A DNA stretch of 64,000 nucleotides from Lingula anatina (taxonomy: Eukaryota > Animalia > Brachiopoda), in NCBI GenBank assembly GCA_051362555.1, contig CM120643.1, positions 16,682,848-16,746,847 on the forward strand. Reading direction: 5' to 3'. Positions 40,150 through 53,967 of the stretch are shown here, in pieces. How positions within the stretch are numbered: position 1 is the stretch's first letter; every line of letters starts with the position of its first letter. The notes under the pieces were generated by a model. That model saw only the letters and a list, made by a program, of their open reading frames with translations, was not told the origin of the DNA and did no database searches. The position numbers and the translations under genes are program-made.

Positions 40150-40540
40150 CTAGACATAACAGTTGAAAAAGACCAAAACATAAGGTGAGATCTTAAACAG
40201 AGCGAGGCTCACAAAAACACACGATACAGATCCAGTCTGGAAAGATAATGAAAGTCATCAAAAAATCTGAGATTGCAAAAAGTGCCCAGGTTCAGAGAGA
40301 ACAAAACAATCCCCATCAAGGAAAAGAAACTGAAAAGGACAGGAGGGGTGGGGTAGGACCAGGCACACTCTAAGGAAGCTACATACTAAAACAATGGGCA
40401 TGCAGTCACTTGACTCGAGTGTATGTGACAATAATAGATCAACGGAATGAATATATTAAATGAAATAAAGGTCTGGTCCTCCAAAAAAGTCTGTAGGAAA
40501 ACTTGGAAAAAGGAAAGGAATGACTAGATCTACCCGACAC
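40150..40540 (+). mobile_element. Highly degenerate RTE-like LINE 3' fragment
   Basis: A-rich strand with residual translations ...W..TRHTLRK and GPPKK, resembling the RTE C-terminal W.GH.LR...GRP.K region; many stops and frameshifts. Confidence 0.35.
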
Positions 40541-42373
40541 AACTCATGGTTTGTCTGTGAAAGCAGTCCTAGACAAAATCGTGTTTCGCTGCCTCAAGTT
40601 TTTCCTCGTGCTCTCCCTCTCACTTTTATCTGAGTTCGGGGACCATGATTTGTATTTTGATAAACCTTTTTCAGAGACATCATCATTCAAACACAGACTT
40701 TTTTACGTGCTAATGAAAAGATAAGACAACCCCTTAACCACCCCTTTCCCATTTTCTAGATGTCTGCAGTTGCATGACATTTCTCCTCGCTCAAGGGCAT
40801 GCGTACATATTCACCCAAACGGTTCAAAAGTCTGCAGAAAGAAAAATGAAGAGAAACTGGGTAGAACGAAAACAATTGAATTTAATTAAAAAAAGATTAT
40901 CATGATGTATGAACAATGCTTTATTTGATAGCCTGGTCCAGAAATCCTTTGATCCGCCCCTATCTGGGGGCTGTTTCACTAGGTTTTATTACAAGCAAGG
41001 CTGCATAAAGAAGGCGTGTTTCTTTACAGTTGGCTATAACTTGGCAATGACATGTTTTGTCCTTTCTAAAATATTTTGTGTTAGTTTGTGTCTATGTTGA
41101 CATAAATTCTGAATATTTTGATAAATGTTTCATGTAAACGCAGACGCTAGCAATAGTTCAAATATTATAGATCCGCCTTTATCTTATTGTCATTTCTTTA
41201 TGCAGGGTTAATTATTTGTTTTAATTAAGAGTATTATATTAATTTGTCCGTACATGTACTTTCACCTACCACAACACTGCTAGCTGTATGCTAGGTGTAC
41301 TACTTTTTAGTCGGTTCATAACAAGTTGCATTCATGTCAAGCTTATATTAAGATGATGTTACAACAATTTTGATTTCCCCAAATGTTGAGATGATTGATA
41401 AAAAAATCCGACAGATTCGTCAAATGCAACACAATGTATTTGCCCTACTTTGTATATCGATTAGCCCAACGGCACTTGCTGCGGTGTAACTCTTTCACTG
41501 ATCCGCTATTAAATTTGATTATGACCGACATAATGGAAGGCAAAGGGAGTAAAATAATTTCTAAGCCTACCTGGTAAAGCCTACTTTATCTTCACTAAAT
41601 AATGATTCCAAGAAATGCCGTGTTAGAAAAGCTTAAATAATAAATAGATGTAGATTATTAAACCAATGAATAAAACATTGTAAACGTTTCCAATACCAAG
41701 TTAATCCAATAAGCTGCTGAAACATGATGGTAACTATATGTTAGTTAATTGACAAAGGTCAGATAAGTATGCAGGTTTAAATCAGGTGACAGATAAGTCA
41801 ACAAATACATTCCCCTTTTGGCTCGTGCTCGCTGACGTCGTGAAACAGATCCCAGGAAGATCAACAGCAGAGAAAGGTCGTGCCAATAACAGCTCAAGAA
41901 TTTTTGGAATTCTCAGCCCAGCTTGCACAATGCTCGTTTTAGCTCCGTGTAATAAATCATACCGCGGATTTTAATCGGGAGAAAGTTGGTTGGCCATCAA
42001 CGTCACATATTTTTAATACGAGAGTGCTTGCGCACTTAAGTGATTGGAATGTTCTTGAGATTAAGGTAGAGCCGAGCGTGCTGTGCCAAGCGACCATATA
42101 CGTAAATAAAATCAATAAATCAATAAAATGCGATCGACTATTCGATTAAAGTGTATGAAGGGAAAAATTCTCAAATGATGTAAGCTATACTGAGAAATGT
42201 CTGAAATAATGACAATTCTTTACCCATGGTTACGAAACAATCCTTGTTAATATGGTCACTTCACCAAATCACAACTATTTTTCTAAATATATTTCTTTAA
42301 TGAATCGTCTGTCCTCCCAACCAATGTACTTTTTATTTTATTACTTTATTTTTCATTCTTTCTGTCCCCCTAT

Positions 42374-42416
<43 letters not shown>

Positions 42417-43212
42417 TTTGTCCAATAATGTTTTCTTCACCAATTTGTTCCTGTAAGTGACACCCTTCAATGTCAAGATTCATCTTTTCAGTTCAAATAA
42501 ATTTTCTTGTTAATACCAATTTCTTCATCATTTACCGAAATACAGGGAACTGCACGCGAAAACATAAATTTTTTAGTGCATTTTCATAACTTATGTGAAT
42601 GAGGGCATTTTGTGCGTTTTCTATTTGATTTCAAGGTTAGTTTAACGGGCATTATTGTGACGTGAAGTACTCGTAACTGGTTACTCATAAAAACTCACTC
42701 GAACGTATGGTAAGCAAACATTGAAAGAAAACAATCCCAATTTGTTAATTAAGTGTTACGGTCCCGAGAAATTGATTGCTGAAGACTTTGGGGTTTTGCC
42801 AAAAACAAAGGGCTTTGCTTCGAGAAAACGAAAATAAGGCCGTGTGCCTGCGTTCGTTTTGTTTCTCGTTTTACCTGGTAAGTCAAGCCAACCACTGATT
42901 TTATGCCATTGAATGACATTGACACGTTCTTTTTGTCAATACACACTTATCACCCTGATTATCAGATGATTCACTCTGACTTGTTTTTTTTAAATATATA
43001 TAGCAACGCACGCTAACGCCCTGCTAGTCCATCGCAAGCATGTTTGACTGTCACCTTCATCGGTAGATCAATCTGAAAACTATGTGTACTATATTGGAGC
43101 GATTGGAGCCCTACGTACATAGGGCGATTTTATCAAGTTTGTTGAAATAGAAAACTGATTTTGATTATTTTACATCATGGTAGACTAGTGTGATATTAAT
43201 TAAGTGGTTTCG

Positions 43213-43476
43213 CAGTGGCGGATTTAGAGGGGGGTCAGGGGGGTCCTGACCCCCTCCCCCTCTGATATCTGGTCCCCTCTTGAAAGTAATTTTGACTAGC
43301 TGAATCATAGTTCTAAACCGTACCAAATGGCACCGTTCGCCCTCTAAAATAATAAAATTTATCGGGGCCCGCTGAAGGGCCCCAAACCCCACACCAAGTG
43401 GGGGGGGGGGGGGGGGGGGGGGGGGCGGCTTCACATCCGCAGACCCCCCCTTCAAATAATCCTGGATCCGCCCCTG
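43213..43476. mobile_element. MITE with CAGTGGCGGAT/ATCCGCCCCTG TIRs and 7-bp TSD
   Basis: GGTTTCG directly flanks both ends (43206-43212 and 43477-43483). Confidence 0.85.
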
Positions 43477-43826
43477 GGTTTCGTATAGCTTTAAGATTCA
43501 TCAATCGGTCAAGGTATAGCCCTTATAGCCGAATGTGATCCCAAGCAACTCCCAATACCCAAGAAGAAGAACACGACGGGAATTTTGACCGCCGAACCAT
43601 TCGAATCCCGTACCAGTACGTTAAACAAACTTGGTGTACATTTCGTTTAAAGATTCTATTTCAACTTTCAATGCTACCAGGTAACAAACGGATTTTAAAA
43701 TAGTGAATAAATCAAGGAAGAAGGAATCTGAATATCGGTTGTGTTAGGTGTGCCAATAAGCTATATACACATATATAAGGCTCATTGGGTGTGCTTAGTG
43801 GATGCGAATGCGCCCAGTTGATTGTG

Positions 43827-43881
<55 letters not shown>

Positions 43882-44342
43882 GGCGTAATGATACGTGATA
43901 TGGTGTGAAAATTCTCAGATTATGATGGAAGCCACGAAATATTTTGGTGATTTGGAATTTTGGCGGAGAGAGAGAGAGAGACGCATGCAACCGCGTGTGA
44001 ATGTATGTACAGAACGAAAGACTCCTTGTGTCTGTTAGCATTGAGTCTGTACCATTTTCAAGTGTAGGGTAGCACATCCAACATAAGCATCCAAGCAGTT
44101 TTTCGAGCACTGGTTATTTAAAGAGCGACTATATGTCATGTTTGTCGTTTATTTGAAATAATAAAAACGTCCAATAAAAAGAAAAATCTTCAGTCTTTTT
44201 CACTTCGGTTTTTGATTAAAAAGAAAATCCATCGGCTGTTCAACGAGATCCATTCTGTTCTGTACGCCGCCATAAGTCCACCACGGTCAATGTCTTCTTA
44301 ACATCTTTAAAAATGCAGGATTGTCCTCGGTCAGTGTGGCTA

Positions 44343-45953
44343 CTAATGTTCTTTGATGATGCAGATAAGTTCTCTGGCGTCCCTTACGACTTTGTCAAAA
44401 ACCTCATGAATACTTCCTTGGTGAGACAAAGCAGCCGGACAGCCATGTAGCCTCGGCGTCTCCGTTTTTTGCAACGTAGTAATACACAGTGGGACGCAGG
44501 AAACCGTGATTTCTTTAAAAGCGAAAGTTGGTGTTTTCAGGATCACCTTCAGAAAATACGCAATGCGTACTCTGTTTAGACACTTCTCCTGGTGGTGTAG
44601 ACTGCTTGCTTCCAATGGTATGGGCACTGGCATTAAGATATTGTCAAAGGTGTTCTCCTCTCCGTTTTCGATAAGAACGGGCAATAATAATCGCGAAATT
44701 GGTGTTTGGAAGCGGTAGTGTTTTGTAAGCGTGCATTTGACTCGCACTGTTTGATATAAAATACACTGAATTTCGGTTATATTTAGACCGGTATTATTTT
44801 CAACGTGAATGTCAATTGGTACAGTCTCCCCTTCCGTGAAAATTCTTTTGGGCATGTGTAGATTGCATTTTAAGGACCATACCCCACAGAAATAAATTTG
44901 TCGTCTAAGTTCTTGAACAGGATTCTGAAATTCTTCAGGCACCAAGTCGTTAGGAAGAACGCGGGAGACGAAGGCTTCAGCAATAGTGGAGTGAACCTTT
45001 GCGCCACCTTTCGTATAAAAAGTTGCCTTGACTTCGTATTTGATTCGTGCACCTTTTATGTTGTTCCCAACCTTCAAAGTGCTTGGAATGGCAACAGGCA
45101 AGAAGAATTCAAAGGGATAAATGTTTCTGCCTTTATTAAGTTTCTTGCCAGTGGTGTTATCTTCCGTCCAGAGGAGATCGTGTATTGTTAAGAATATCTT
45201 AGATTTTGTGTGCAGAGCACGTCCCATGTCGTCTTTTGACATGTACCAAAATATATGGCGGCCTGTGGAAAAAAAAACAAGAGAAATTAAATAGGATTCT
45301 AATGTGACTATCATTCACATACCATTTCTAACAAGAAAAACAGAGGAAAAATTATGAGCATGTCTCCACCCTATTACATCCCAGCACCACCTTCATGCTA
45401 GACATTGCAATATAGGCAGTACAGATTACTGTCATTTTTATGAATAAGAAAGATAATCAAGTGAGATGTTCAACCATCTTTCTTTCTGCCAAACCTCTAA
45501 ATGTTTCTTAACTCAAATTCGTCTATTTCGCTTGATACGTGTACAGATTGTCGAACCATCTTATTGTGCTGAAAACTGAGGCAGTACTTTCACGTCTTTT
45601 AATTCGGAGAAAAAATTATAAGTAATTGCACGTATTTTTTTATGTTTTTTTTTCTTTTGTTAATTGATTAATTCTTTTGTGTTTTCTCTTTTTTACAAAA
45701 TGAATTTATTCTTAGGCCAACCTTTAAGCGTGACTTCGAGAGCTGTAATTTCTATGGCCCCACCCAGTTCTAACAGGACCTGTCCCTCCAGTCTCTCCCC
45801 CGGGACATAGATGTACTGCTGAAGGCTGGCCGGGGTCCTCTCCCCCTTACGGACGCGTATCTTCAGGTAAGGGTCTTTGTTGACGGACGTGGTGAAGGAG
45901 TTGATCTTCTGAGCAGCTTCTTCTTTCTCGCGTCGGCGTCTTAGGCAGTTCAT
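44343..45953 (-). CDS. Arrestin-domain-containing (alpha-arrestin-like) protein, 2 coding exons, ~383 aa
   Basis: Exons 45953-45722 (YVPGERLEGQVLLEL...LEVTLKG) and 45262-44343 (LNKGRNIYPFEFFLPVAIPSTL...ARIKYEVKA; PKRIFTEGETVPIDIHVENNT; IAYFLKV); the phase-1 junction is in frame. Arrestin_N and Arrestin_C signatures. Confidence 0.85.
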
Positions 45954-47313
45954 GGTGTAGTATTACTGATAATATATATAAAAATATGTAAAAATTCAAA
46001 TGGGATAATATGTAGATATTGCTGAATTGCTTTCTGTTGACTGTAAAACAATACAGCAAGTTTTTAAGTATCAAGATTTGTACAATAAACAAATGCAAGT
46101 GTACATAAAAGGCCTATCCCCTTTTCCAAGTCTTGGCCTTGACATGTACTATGTGCGATACTGGAATAAATCATGAATATATGTATTTAGGCACACATTA
46201 ACTCAGACAACTGAGATATAGCCTTGCCTTGCCAACATTAGCCTAGATATCATTGCCTACGCGGTGACCACAGAAAGATATTTTGTCGTGTACAAGTATA
46301 TGCAGAACTAATACGAAATGGCCTTCCCACGCTCAGCTGTCACCTTGATTGGTTAATGAATCCAAAAAATGTTTAACCTGACTTACATCTAAGGATATAT
46401 GCATCACGTTAGTCTACCATAATGGAAAACAAGAACCGAATAGGTGCATTACTTTTATAGAATCGCCTAGTATTCGGCCCTCTGTACAATATATGAACTA
46501 ATAGGAGACTGTGCAATAAAGAGATTCAGTACAAACGTAAAACATTCAAATCACCCCCAGAAAAAGTACATCTAAAAAAAAAAAAAGAAAAGAAGTAAAT
46601 AAAAAACACTGCATCTTGCCGTTCTTCTTTTATTAAGCCAGAGTTCATCTCATAGACTAGTGTGGTATTCTTGGGCAATTTCATGTTTTTTTTTAATTCA
46701 TTAAATTCAAGGTCATAGTCGAGCATGAAATTTACTATTTATTTTTATTTTTCTGTGAACGCCCTTTCTGTTTTTGAACTTCACCATGTGAGACTGACAG
46801 TACGATTTAAAATTTTTATACAAATATGATTTCGTCCATTTTTTGAAAACATTTTAATATCCCAACGGACCTCTCTTCTAAAGGTAGGAAACAGTATACT
46901 TGGTTCCAAGGACAAAGTGACAATTTTAATCATTTGACCAAAGGAACCAACACATACGTAGAATCGTGAAACCAATTTTGTTGCTTAATATCCGCACGTT
47001 ATTCGTAGGGTTTTGTCTTTGGCTCGTATGCCACAACTCAGCATGAAGGTACACATTAATAAAAGACCATAGACAATACTGCCTTACCTGAAATGATGAT
47101 TTATTCACCGAGCAATTGACTTAAAAGGCAACTAGAATAGACCACTCTACTAACCCCTACAGATAAGGGGTTCATCTGGGTTCACCTTTAAACGAGGTGT
47201 CAAATATTCAGCAATAAGCTACACCAAGCAGTGGCCTGTTTGCCTATGCAGGGTATTTTCGCAATTAAGGGACGATTGAGATATAGATATATTACAAAAG
47301 TGATAATATAATG

Positions 47314-47360
<47 letters not shown>

Positions 47361-47635
47361 CTAATTACAGTTTGCGGCAGTGAGTGAATAAATGAGGACG
47401 TATGCCATCGCGTGTGGACGAGTGTTTATTTGTGTATGTGCGCGTTCGTTTCTGACCTCGCTTAAATTAATATTTCATACGTCGATAAGAAAGTTGATTG
47501 GCAGACACACGCTAATAAACAGGGTGACCCATGGTTACGTGCAAGTAACGTCAAACATTACAGATCATAATATTCGTGTTATTAATAGGCAACAGTATGT
47601 CAGAGAAGAATTTCATCAGCTGTGTTAAGTTATAA

Positions 47636-47776
47636 GAATGATTTGAATTTTTCTTCAGTCAACAGCTAATATTGAGATAGGTTTTACCTCAGGCCACTTG
47701 GTGTAGCTTATTGAAATATTGGAGGTAAAACCTATCTCAATATTAGCTGTTGACTGAAGAAAAATTCACATCATTC
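47636..47776. repeat. 55-bp-arm inverted repeat (1 mismatch) with 31-nt loop
   Basis: Arms 47636-47690 and 47722-47776. Confidence 0.9.
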
Positions 47777-49811
47777 CAACAGTATGTTATTATAGGTTCT
47801 AATTTCCCCATACGGAATACAGTGCTGTACATGAAATAAGATTTGTAAAATCAACAAATTTTATAATAAAGATAGCGCCCGAACTCGAGTGTTACCACCT
47901 CGCGCGCCAATTTCCACTTAAAGCACAGCCGTTCGACTTCCACAAGACACTACTGTTTGTGTCTTATAAGGTTCTTGCCTTAGGACCTACCAGCGCACTC
48001 ATAAAATAAAATATAGGTGACTACACGCTATCATACACACACAAAAGACAGATGCACAGAGGACATCTAGACACGCTGGCACGAACATACACGCACGCGC
48101 GCACACACACACACCCTTCGGTCTGGTGCTCACTACTCACCGTCTCTGGTTTCAATAACAGCATAAGTGCGCTTGATAACTTCTTTTAAAGGTAGTACTT
48201 ACTGTGGGTTGAATGCCTATTCGACGTACATGTAGTTGTACATGCACGCCATGCTGTTTATCGCGATAAATAACAATTAGCAACTTAATTTGAAATTAAG
48301 CGGCACAATTCCCTCACAGTAGTAACATGTGGATGATAGAGAAGAGCATTAGGATGCTATTCATATTCAACAACGAACATAACAAGCCTTACCTGTAACC
48401 CGGCGTAAAGTATGCTACATCTCGCAGTAATAAATTATACAGTCAATGAAGATTTAGCTTGTAAAAACACAGAAACAAAGGCACTGTACAGGAATGGCTG
48501 TCGGAGTATTCAATTTTTTATGTATTTAGTACAAAAAAGAAAACTAAGAAAACGCAACACAGACCAAGTTATGTGTTTGCGTGAGAGAGAGAAAGAGAGA
48601 GATAGCTTTAACATGTGTTAGACAGATTAAACCGCTGCACCGAGTCGTTAAGGCTAAGGTCACGCAACACGTTATCCAGGGCAAGGGCCTCAATGATGGC
48701 CATTAATATTGTATATGATGTGCTGCTGAGGTAAATATGGTATACACAGGCGAGCGACTGGGGTCATCACATTGGATATATCCGGAAAATGACAAATACA
48801 AAATGAAATCAAAGTTTTTGTAATTCATCTGTTGTACACTTTACTATTTCAATACTTTAATTTCAAGATCATACAGCGTCTTTCGCAACAATCTTTATCA
48901 AATAAAATTAATAATGCTGTGTACTTGGATAGGCCCCAAATTGTTAAAGCGCGTATGTATGCTATGTCAGACATTACAAACAATGGTGAACCAGAACGAA
49001 AATTGTGATTTTTCTGTATTCTGCTGCCATTAAAAGCGCCAGTGGCACATCTTCTACAGTATATTTCGCTCATTTTCCTGCACAGTTCCAATCTAAATGT
49101 TTTGATGCGATATATTTTGACCACGCACTGCCAAACATATTAAAAACTTGCTGCATCTGGGTTATTTTAAATTTTCAGCTAGGTCCTGTACACTAAGAAA
49201 AAGGTTGGTTCGCTCGTGTCTTAACTGAGTAAAGATAATAATAGCAAACATAGACGTTTCAGCCTGTCTCAAAATTTTACCTGTCCGCTTTCCTGTTAGT
49301 TCTCTGTACAACAGTTGGATACAAATAAGCGCTTGTATTTCCCGACTTCAACTCGGTCTCCTTCCTGAGGCTAGGAAAATACATAACTGCCCTCGTTCTT
49401 AACTCTCCTGGTGTGAATTTACATGGAGTTATATGCCCTTACTTCCCTCTACCGGGGTCGCAGATCAATTATGTGCACTTTTCTCCAACTAGGCAAAATG
49501 AGCCATGAATTAACCAGAGTCAAATATTTAATGGAGAATCAATCTGTGTCCCTAGTAGAGGGTAAATCGCTACTACATACTCGGTCAACAGTGTCCTAGG
49601 AGTCAGAAAGCAGAATATTTGAACACAATGCTTAATAACATACAGCGCCGTATTATACACATGTAAACGAATAATAAACAAAAATTCGGAAAAAAGACTA
49701 AGATATATCGTGCAGTTAAATTTGTTTTACGATATTGCATACGTATTACACTGTATGTTACATACATGGCGACGATTGAAACAGTCATGATAACACTACC
49801 GTTTTTCTTTG

Positions 49812-50868
49812 TTATTTGGATAGCTCACAAAGAAAAATAATTGAGATGTTGTTATAGCAACCTGTCCATCGCCCAACAGAATATCGACGTACATAAACAC
49901 AGAGGTAATATGTTTCAGTTAAAGAACTAGGTGTTCCAAAATTTCTTGTCGATGATAATGCTGTTGCGCCACTCTCCCTCTTGCTGTGAGTCGCTTCCGC
50001 CAATCCAGCCCAATGAACTTTTTAGCGTACCTGAAATTGTTACATGTTTATTATATTTCAAATCCACACAGGCAATGTATTATTTATCGAAAGATTGTTT
50101 GAACAAATATATTCCCAAAAACTGAAGATCATATGTTTTCATAAAGGTTGCGAAGAAGGCAGGTTAACTCGTATGTAAAAAGGTGTACAACGCATCTTCC
50201 ATATTTTTCGTCAACAATTGTAATGTTACACTTTGAACTCATTTTATGCGTCGAAAAACATGTACTCGCTACTTCTCTTCAAAATGTCAGCCGTGATGCT
50301 CTGTTCACTCCTCGAGGTGATTTCTGACAAGCAGCCGCCTCTCCGTTCGCAAAACATGCGGTCAGGACTTCAAAGTGTTTCTTAACAGATAGTCACCGAG
50401 ACTCTCAAATTGTGGAGGATGTTTTGGTCCTATATTATACAAACGTCAAGGTTAGAGTATAAACATTATTTTACTAATTATAGGTAAACCGAGAGAACAC
50501 GCGTCCCAACCCCGTTTCTGGGAACGTCACTGCATATGGCACAGTTAATGAAATATAGATGATGAAATAGATTTAAATTTCTTTTTAATTATTTTTTTCA
50601 CCATTCTATGGCATTCTGAATCCAGATATGTTGCATGTATACGACACTATTGCTGTATACAAAGATTAATTAATGACAAGACTCTAATCAGCGGAATAAG
50701 GTGCACTTATGAAATCTGGTTGTGGTCGGAGGAAGCTGGCTGACTTGTAGTCTAGCAGGAGTTGTGGTTGTGGGTACACGGGTTGCATTCGTAGCAGTTG
50801 TTTTGGCTGTGGTTGCGGGTAGGCCTACGTTTACGCAGCTGCTGAGGTTTACACTCCAAGTACATGTT
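49812..50868 (-). pseudogene. C-type lectin pseudogene (third, degenerate array copy)
   Basis: Homologous to exons 2-4 of the adjacent lectins. Frameshift after NMYLECKPQQLR; TGA replacing the KSW Trp; lost Cys residues; exon-3 donor changed GT->GC; TAG stop and frameshift in the last exon (WIGGSDSQQEGEWR...). Exon 1 not found. Confidence 0.8.
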
Positions 50869-51972
50869 CTTTATTGAATAATACAGAAAAGAAGTTTACT
50901 TAAAGATAAATGTATCTTCATTACGAGAGTGAAGCAAAATCTAGAAAAAGATCACTCAAAAAAGGAATTTGGTTCGTAATCCTGCGAAGGTTGTTTGGCT
51001 ATGATATACCTTGGGGGAAAGGTGGAATTTGAAGGAAAATTACATTTTAATACAATATGGAAGAGTATAACGTTCGTTTTGTGGACTCTTTACTTGAAAA
51101 GATTATCGCTTGCGCCTGGGTACTTATAGACATGTATAGCTCAGGTCACGTTATCTTTGTACGTTATCTTTGTTCGTTATCGTCTGTCCTAAACACAAGA
51201 CCCTCACAGGGCCCCTTATGGAGTTTTCCAAATTCCAGTGATACAATATAACATGTATTATTTGTGTCTAAATGGTCGTATTAAAAAAACTTGTAAAGTA
51301 AGAAATCAAGACACGGTTCAGTCAGAAAATCCATATAATATTTTTATAGCCATACATCAAAATAAGCCTAACATAGGCTATTTTTCGTATACTTCAAGTG
51401 TTACTAAAGAAAAGCAATCCGATCACACTTTTTCATTTCTCTAAAAACGGACAGGGCTAATCCACCACATTAAGTGATATTTCTGGTTTCTTCGTTTTTT
51501 GCACCAAAATATACGCAGGCTCTGTCTGAACCTGCAAGCTTTTAACTTAACATTATTGTCATTACTTTACTTATATCATTTTCATATTTTTTTAGTTTTT
51601 ACTTCTTCCTTTATCTTATTATTATTATTATTCATTTTATTTATTTATCTATTTTTGGTGGGGGCGACCAATTTCTTTAAATACAATTTGAGTCAAAACT
51701 TACGGAAACTAGTACTTCATGTAGCCGAACATTGGAAAACGAATGCAAATCTAAAGTAACAATGTAAATCTTGTACGATTCGTTGTGGAGAAACTGAACA
51801 ATGGGTGAATATGAAAATCAGAGAAACGCTGATATAATGTCATGCATTTCTAGTTTATTGCGTTCGTCTAATGTTACACAAATCGTGGGACTTAATTTCA
51901 ATTTCGCCTTATAATGTAACATGCACAGTATCAACGATCTTAAAAGAATGATACAGTAACCATACCAATATT

Positions 51973-53967
51973 TCAATTATTGGGAGTAAACTCACAAATA
52001 AAAGGAAGGTTGGCGGAGTTTATACAATCATTCAATCGCCCGATAAAATTTCCGTATGTCTTCACACACAAATAATTTTGTTCGGTCGAACCATTAGGCT
52101 CTCCCGGTTCCCAAAACGCCTTGTCTATAATGGTGTTGCTGCTCACCCAGCGCCATCTTCCCTCTTGTTGTGCATCGTTTCCACCAATCCAGGCATGATC
52201 TCTCACAGTAGCTGAAACAGATGTCAGTTATTTATTTATTTATTTATTTATTATTATTATATTTTTTATATTATTTATTATTATTATTGTATTTTTATAT
52301 TATTTATCATGTTATTATTTTTGAAATATACCCATGTTATAAGAAAATGTAGTCCATAATTATTTATTGAAGATTTATCGAACAAACTTATTTCTAAAAC
52401 CTCAAGTTTATGTGTTTTACGATAAAGATGGGGGGGGGGGTAAACTATATTCAAATCGGAGATATGTGACATATCTTTCAATTTTTTCAGCAACGTGAGT
52501 ATTAAAGGGGGGTCCTGTACTTATCTCACACGTTTAAAAAACATTTACTCACTATTTCTCTTCATAATGTCTGCCATGATGCTCTGTTCACTGGCGGAAG
52601 TGATTTCTGCCAAGTAGCCACCTCTCTGTTCACAATACCCTTTAGCACCCTGCCAGGACGTCTTGAAGTTCATAAATATATAGCAACTACCACCGAGGCT
52701 CTCGGATTTTGGAGGACATTTTGGACCTTTGTTATATAATATAATATAATATAATATAATATAATATAATATAATATAATATAATATAATATAATATAAA
52801 AACGCCATCTACAAAATATTGCATTTCTCTTAGTTACATGTGGATCAAGATAACACTTGAATCTCGTATAGGTTTTCTTATGGTCCTAAACAGATGATGA
52901 AATAAATGTTTTTCTTTTCCAATTAAATCTCTGTAATAGTTGGTATTCAAAATTCGAAATATGCTACATGTATGAAACACACTGTGGCATTAACTTGAAT
53001 TCACAACAGGTTATTATCAATGAAAGCAAGTGCACTTATGAAATAAAGCCCCGTGCGTACTTTTGGTTGTGGTCGGAGGAAGCTGGGTTGTAGTAGGAGT
53101 TGTGGTTGTGGTTGTGGTTGTGGTCGTAGGAAGCTGGGTTGAAGTCGGAGTTGTGGTTGTGGTTGTGGGTACACGGGGTGCATTCGTAGCGGTTGTTTTA
53201 GCTGTGGTTGCGGGCACTGTGCGCTGCTGCTGAGCCTTACACTCCAAGTACATGTTCTTTAAATATTACAGAGGTAAATTTTACGAATATGAATTGATAA
53301 AGTTAAATGACAATTATAATCTTTGATTTTTCCGAGGAAAAATGCATTTGTTAAAAATAGTAGGCCTACGCTTAAAAAATCGTATGTCGCTAAAGAGGGA
53401 TGCTCTTTCGAGTTAAATGAAGGGCTAGTTACCATATTTAAAGGTGAAGTATGTTATAAGGAAAAGTGCATTTGTTTAAAATAGTACATATAAAAGCTCG
53501 AATTACGCTAAAGACGGGATGCACTTTCGAGTAAAATGAAGGGCTAGTTACCAAATTCAAAAAGGTGCCAAAATATGTAATTATTGACTGTGCTTAGAAT
53601 TGACGGGGGATGCAAATCTACAATTGGACCTGAAAGAACAATGAAACCTCGAACAAAGAACATGTTAAACTTAACTAAACTGCAAACTTCCAACCTTTAA
53701 GTGGTCCAAATTAGCGCGTGCCAAAGCGAGTTCTAGATCAATGTCGTAGGTAGCCGACTGTTCAGACTGTCGTCTGCCAATAAGCGAATGTGTTCCCAGG
53801 ACGTCAACCACGTTGCGGCATTCCTTGAATAATATGTCATTCATGGATTTGATCCGAAACGTCAAATTGTACAACTGCATCTTTTTCAAGAAATCATTTT
53901 GAGAATCTGAAAAAGTTCCGGAGACGAATATAACAAGAGGGACGAACACAGAGATGCGCGCCATCAT
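51973..53967 (-). CDS. Secreted C-type lectin (perlucin-like CTLD with EPN motif) with Thr/Pro stalk, 4 exons, ~293 aa (copy B)
   Basis: Exons 53967-53695, 53256-53061, 52726-52553, 52211-51973; phases consistent. Signal peptide MMARISVFVPLVIFVSGTFS; CTLD CP..S..LGGSCY, SWQGAKGYC..RGGYLAEI, WIGGND..EGRWRW, WEPGEPN, FICE. Confidence 0.9.

Noticed and set aside
43165-43504. Poly-proline ORFs
   Set aside because: Derived from poly-G tracts of a MITE.
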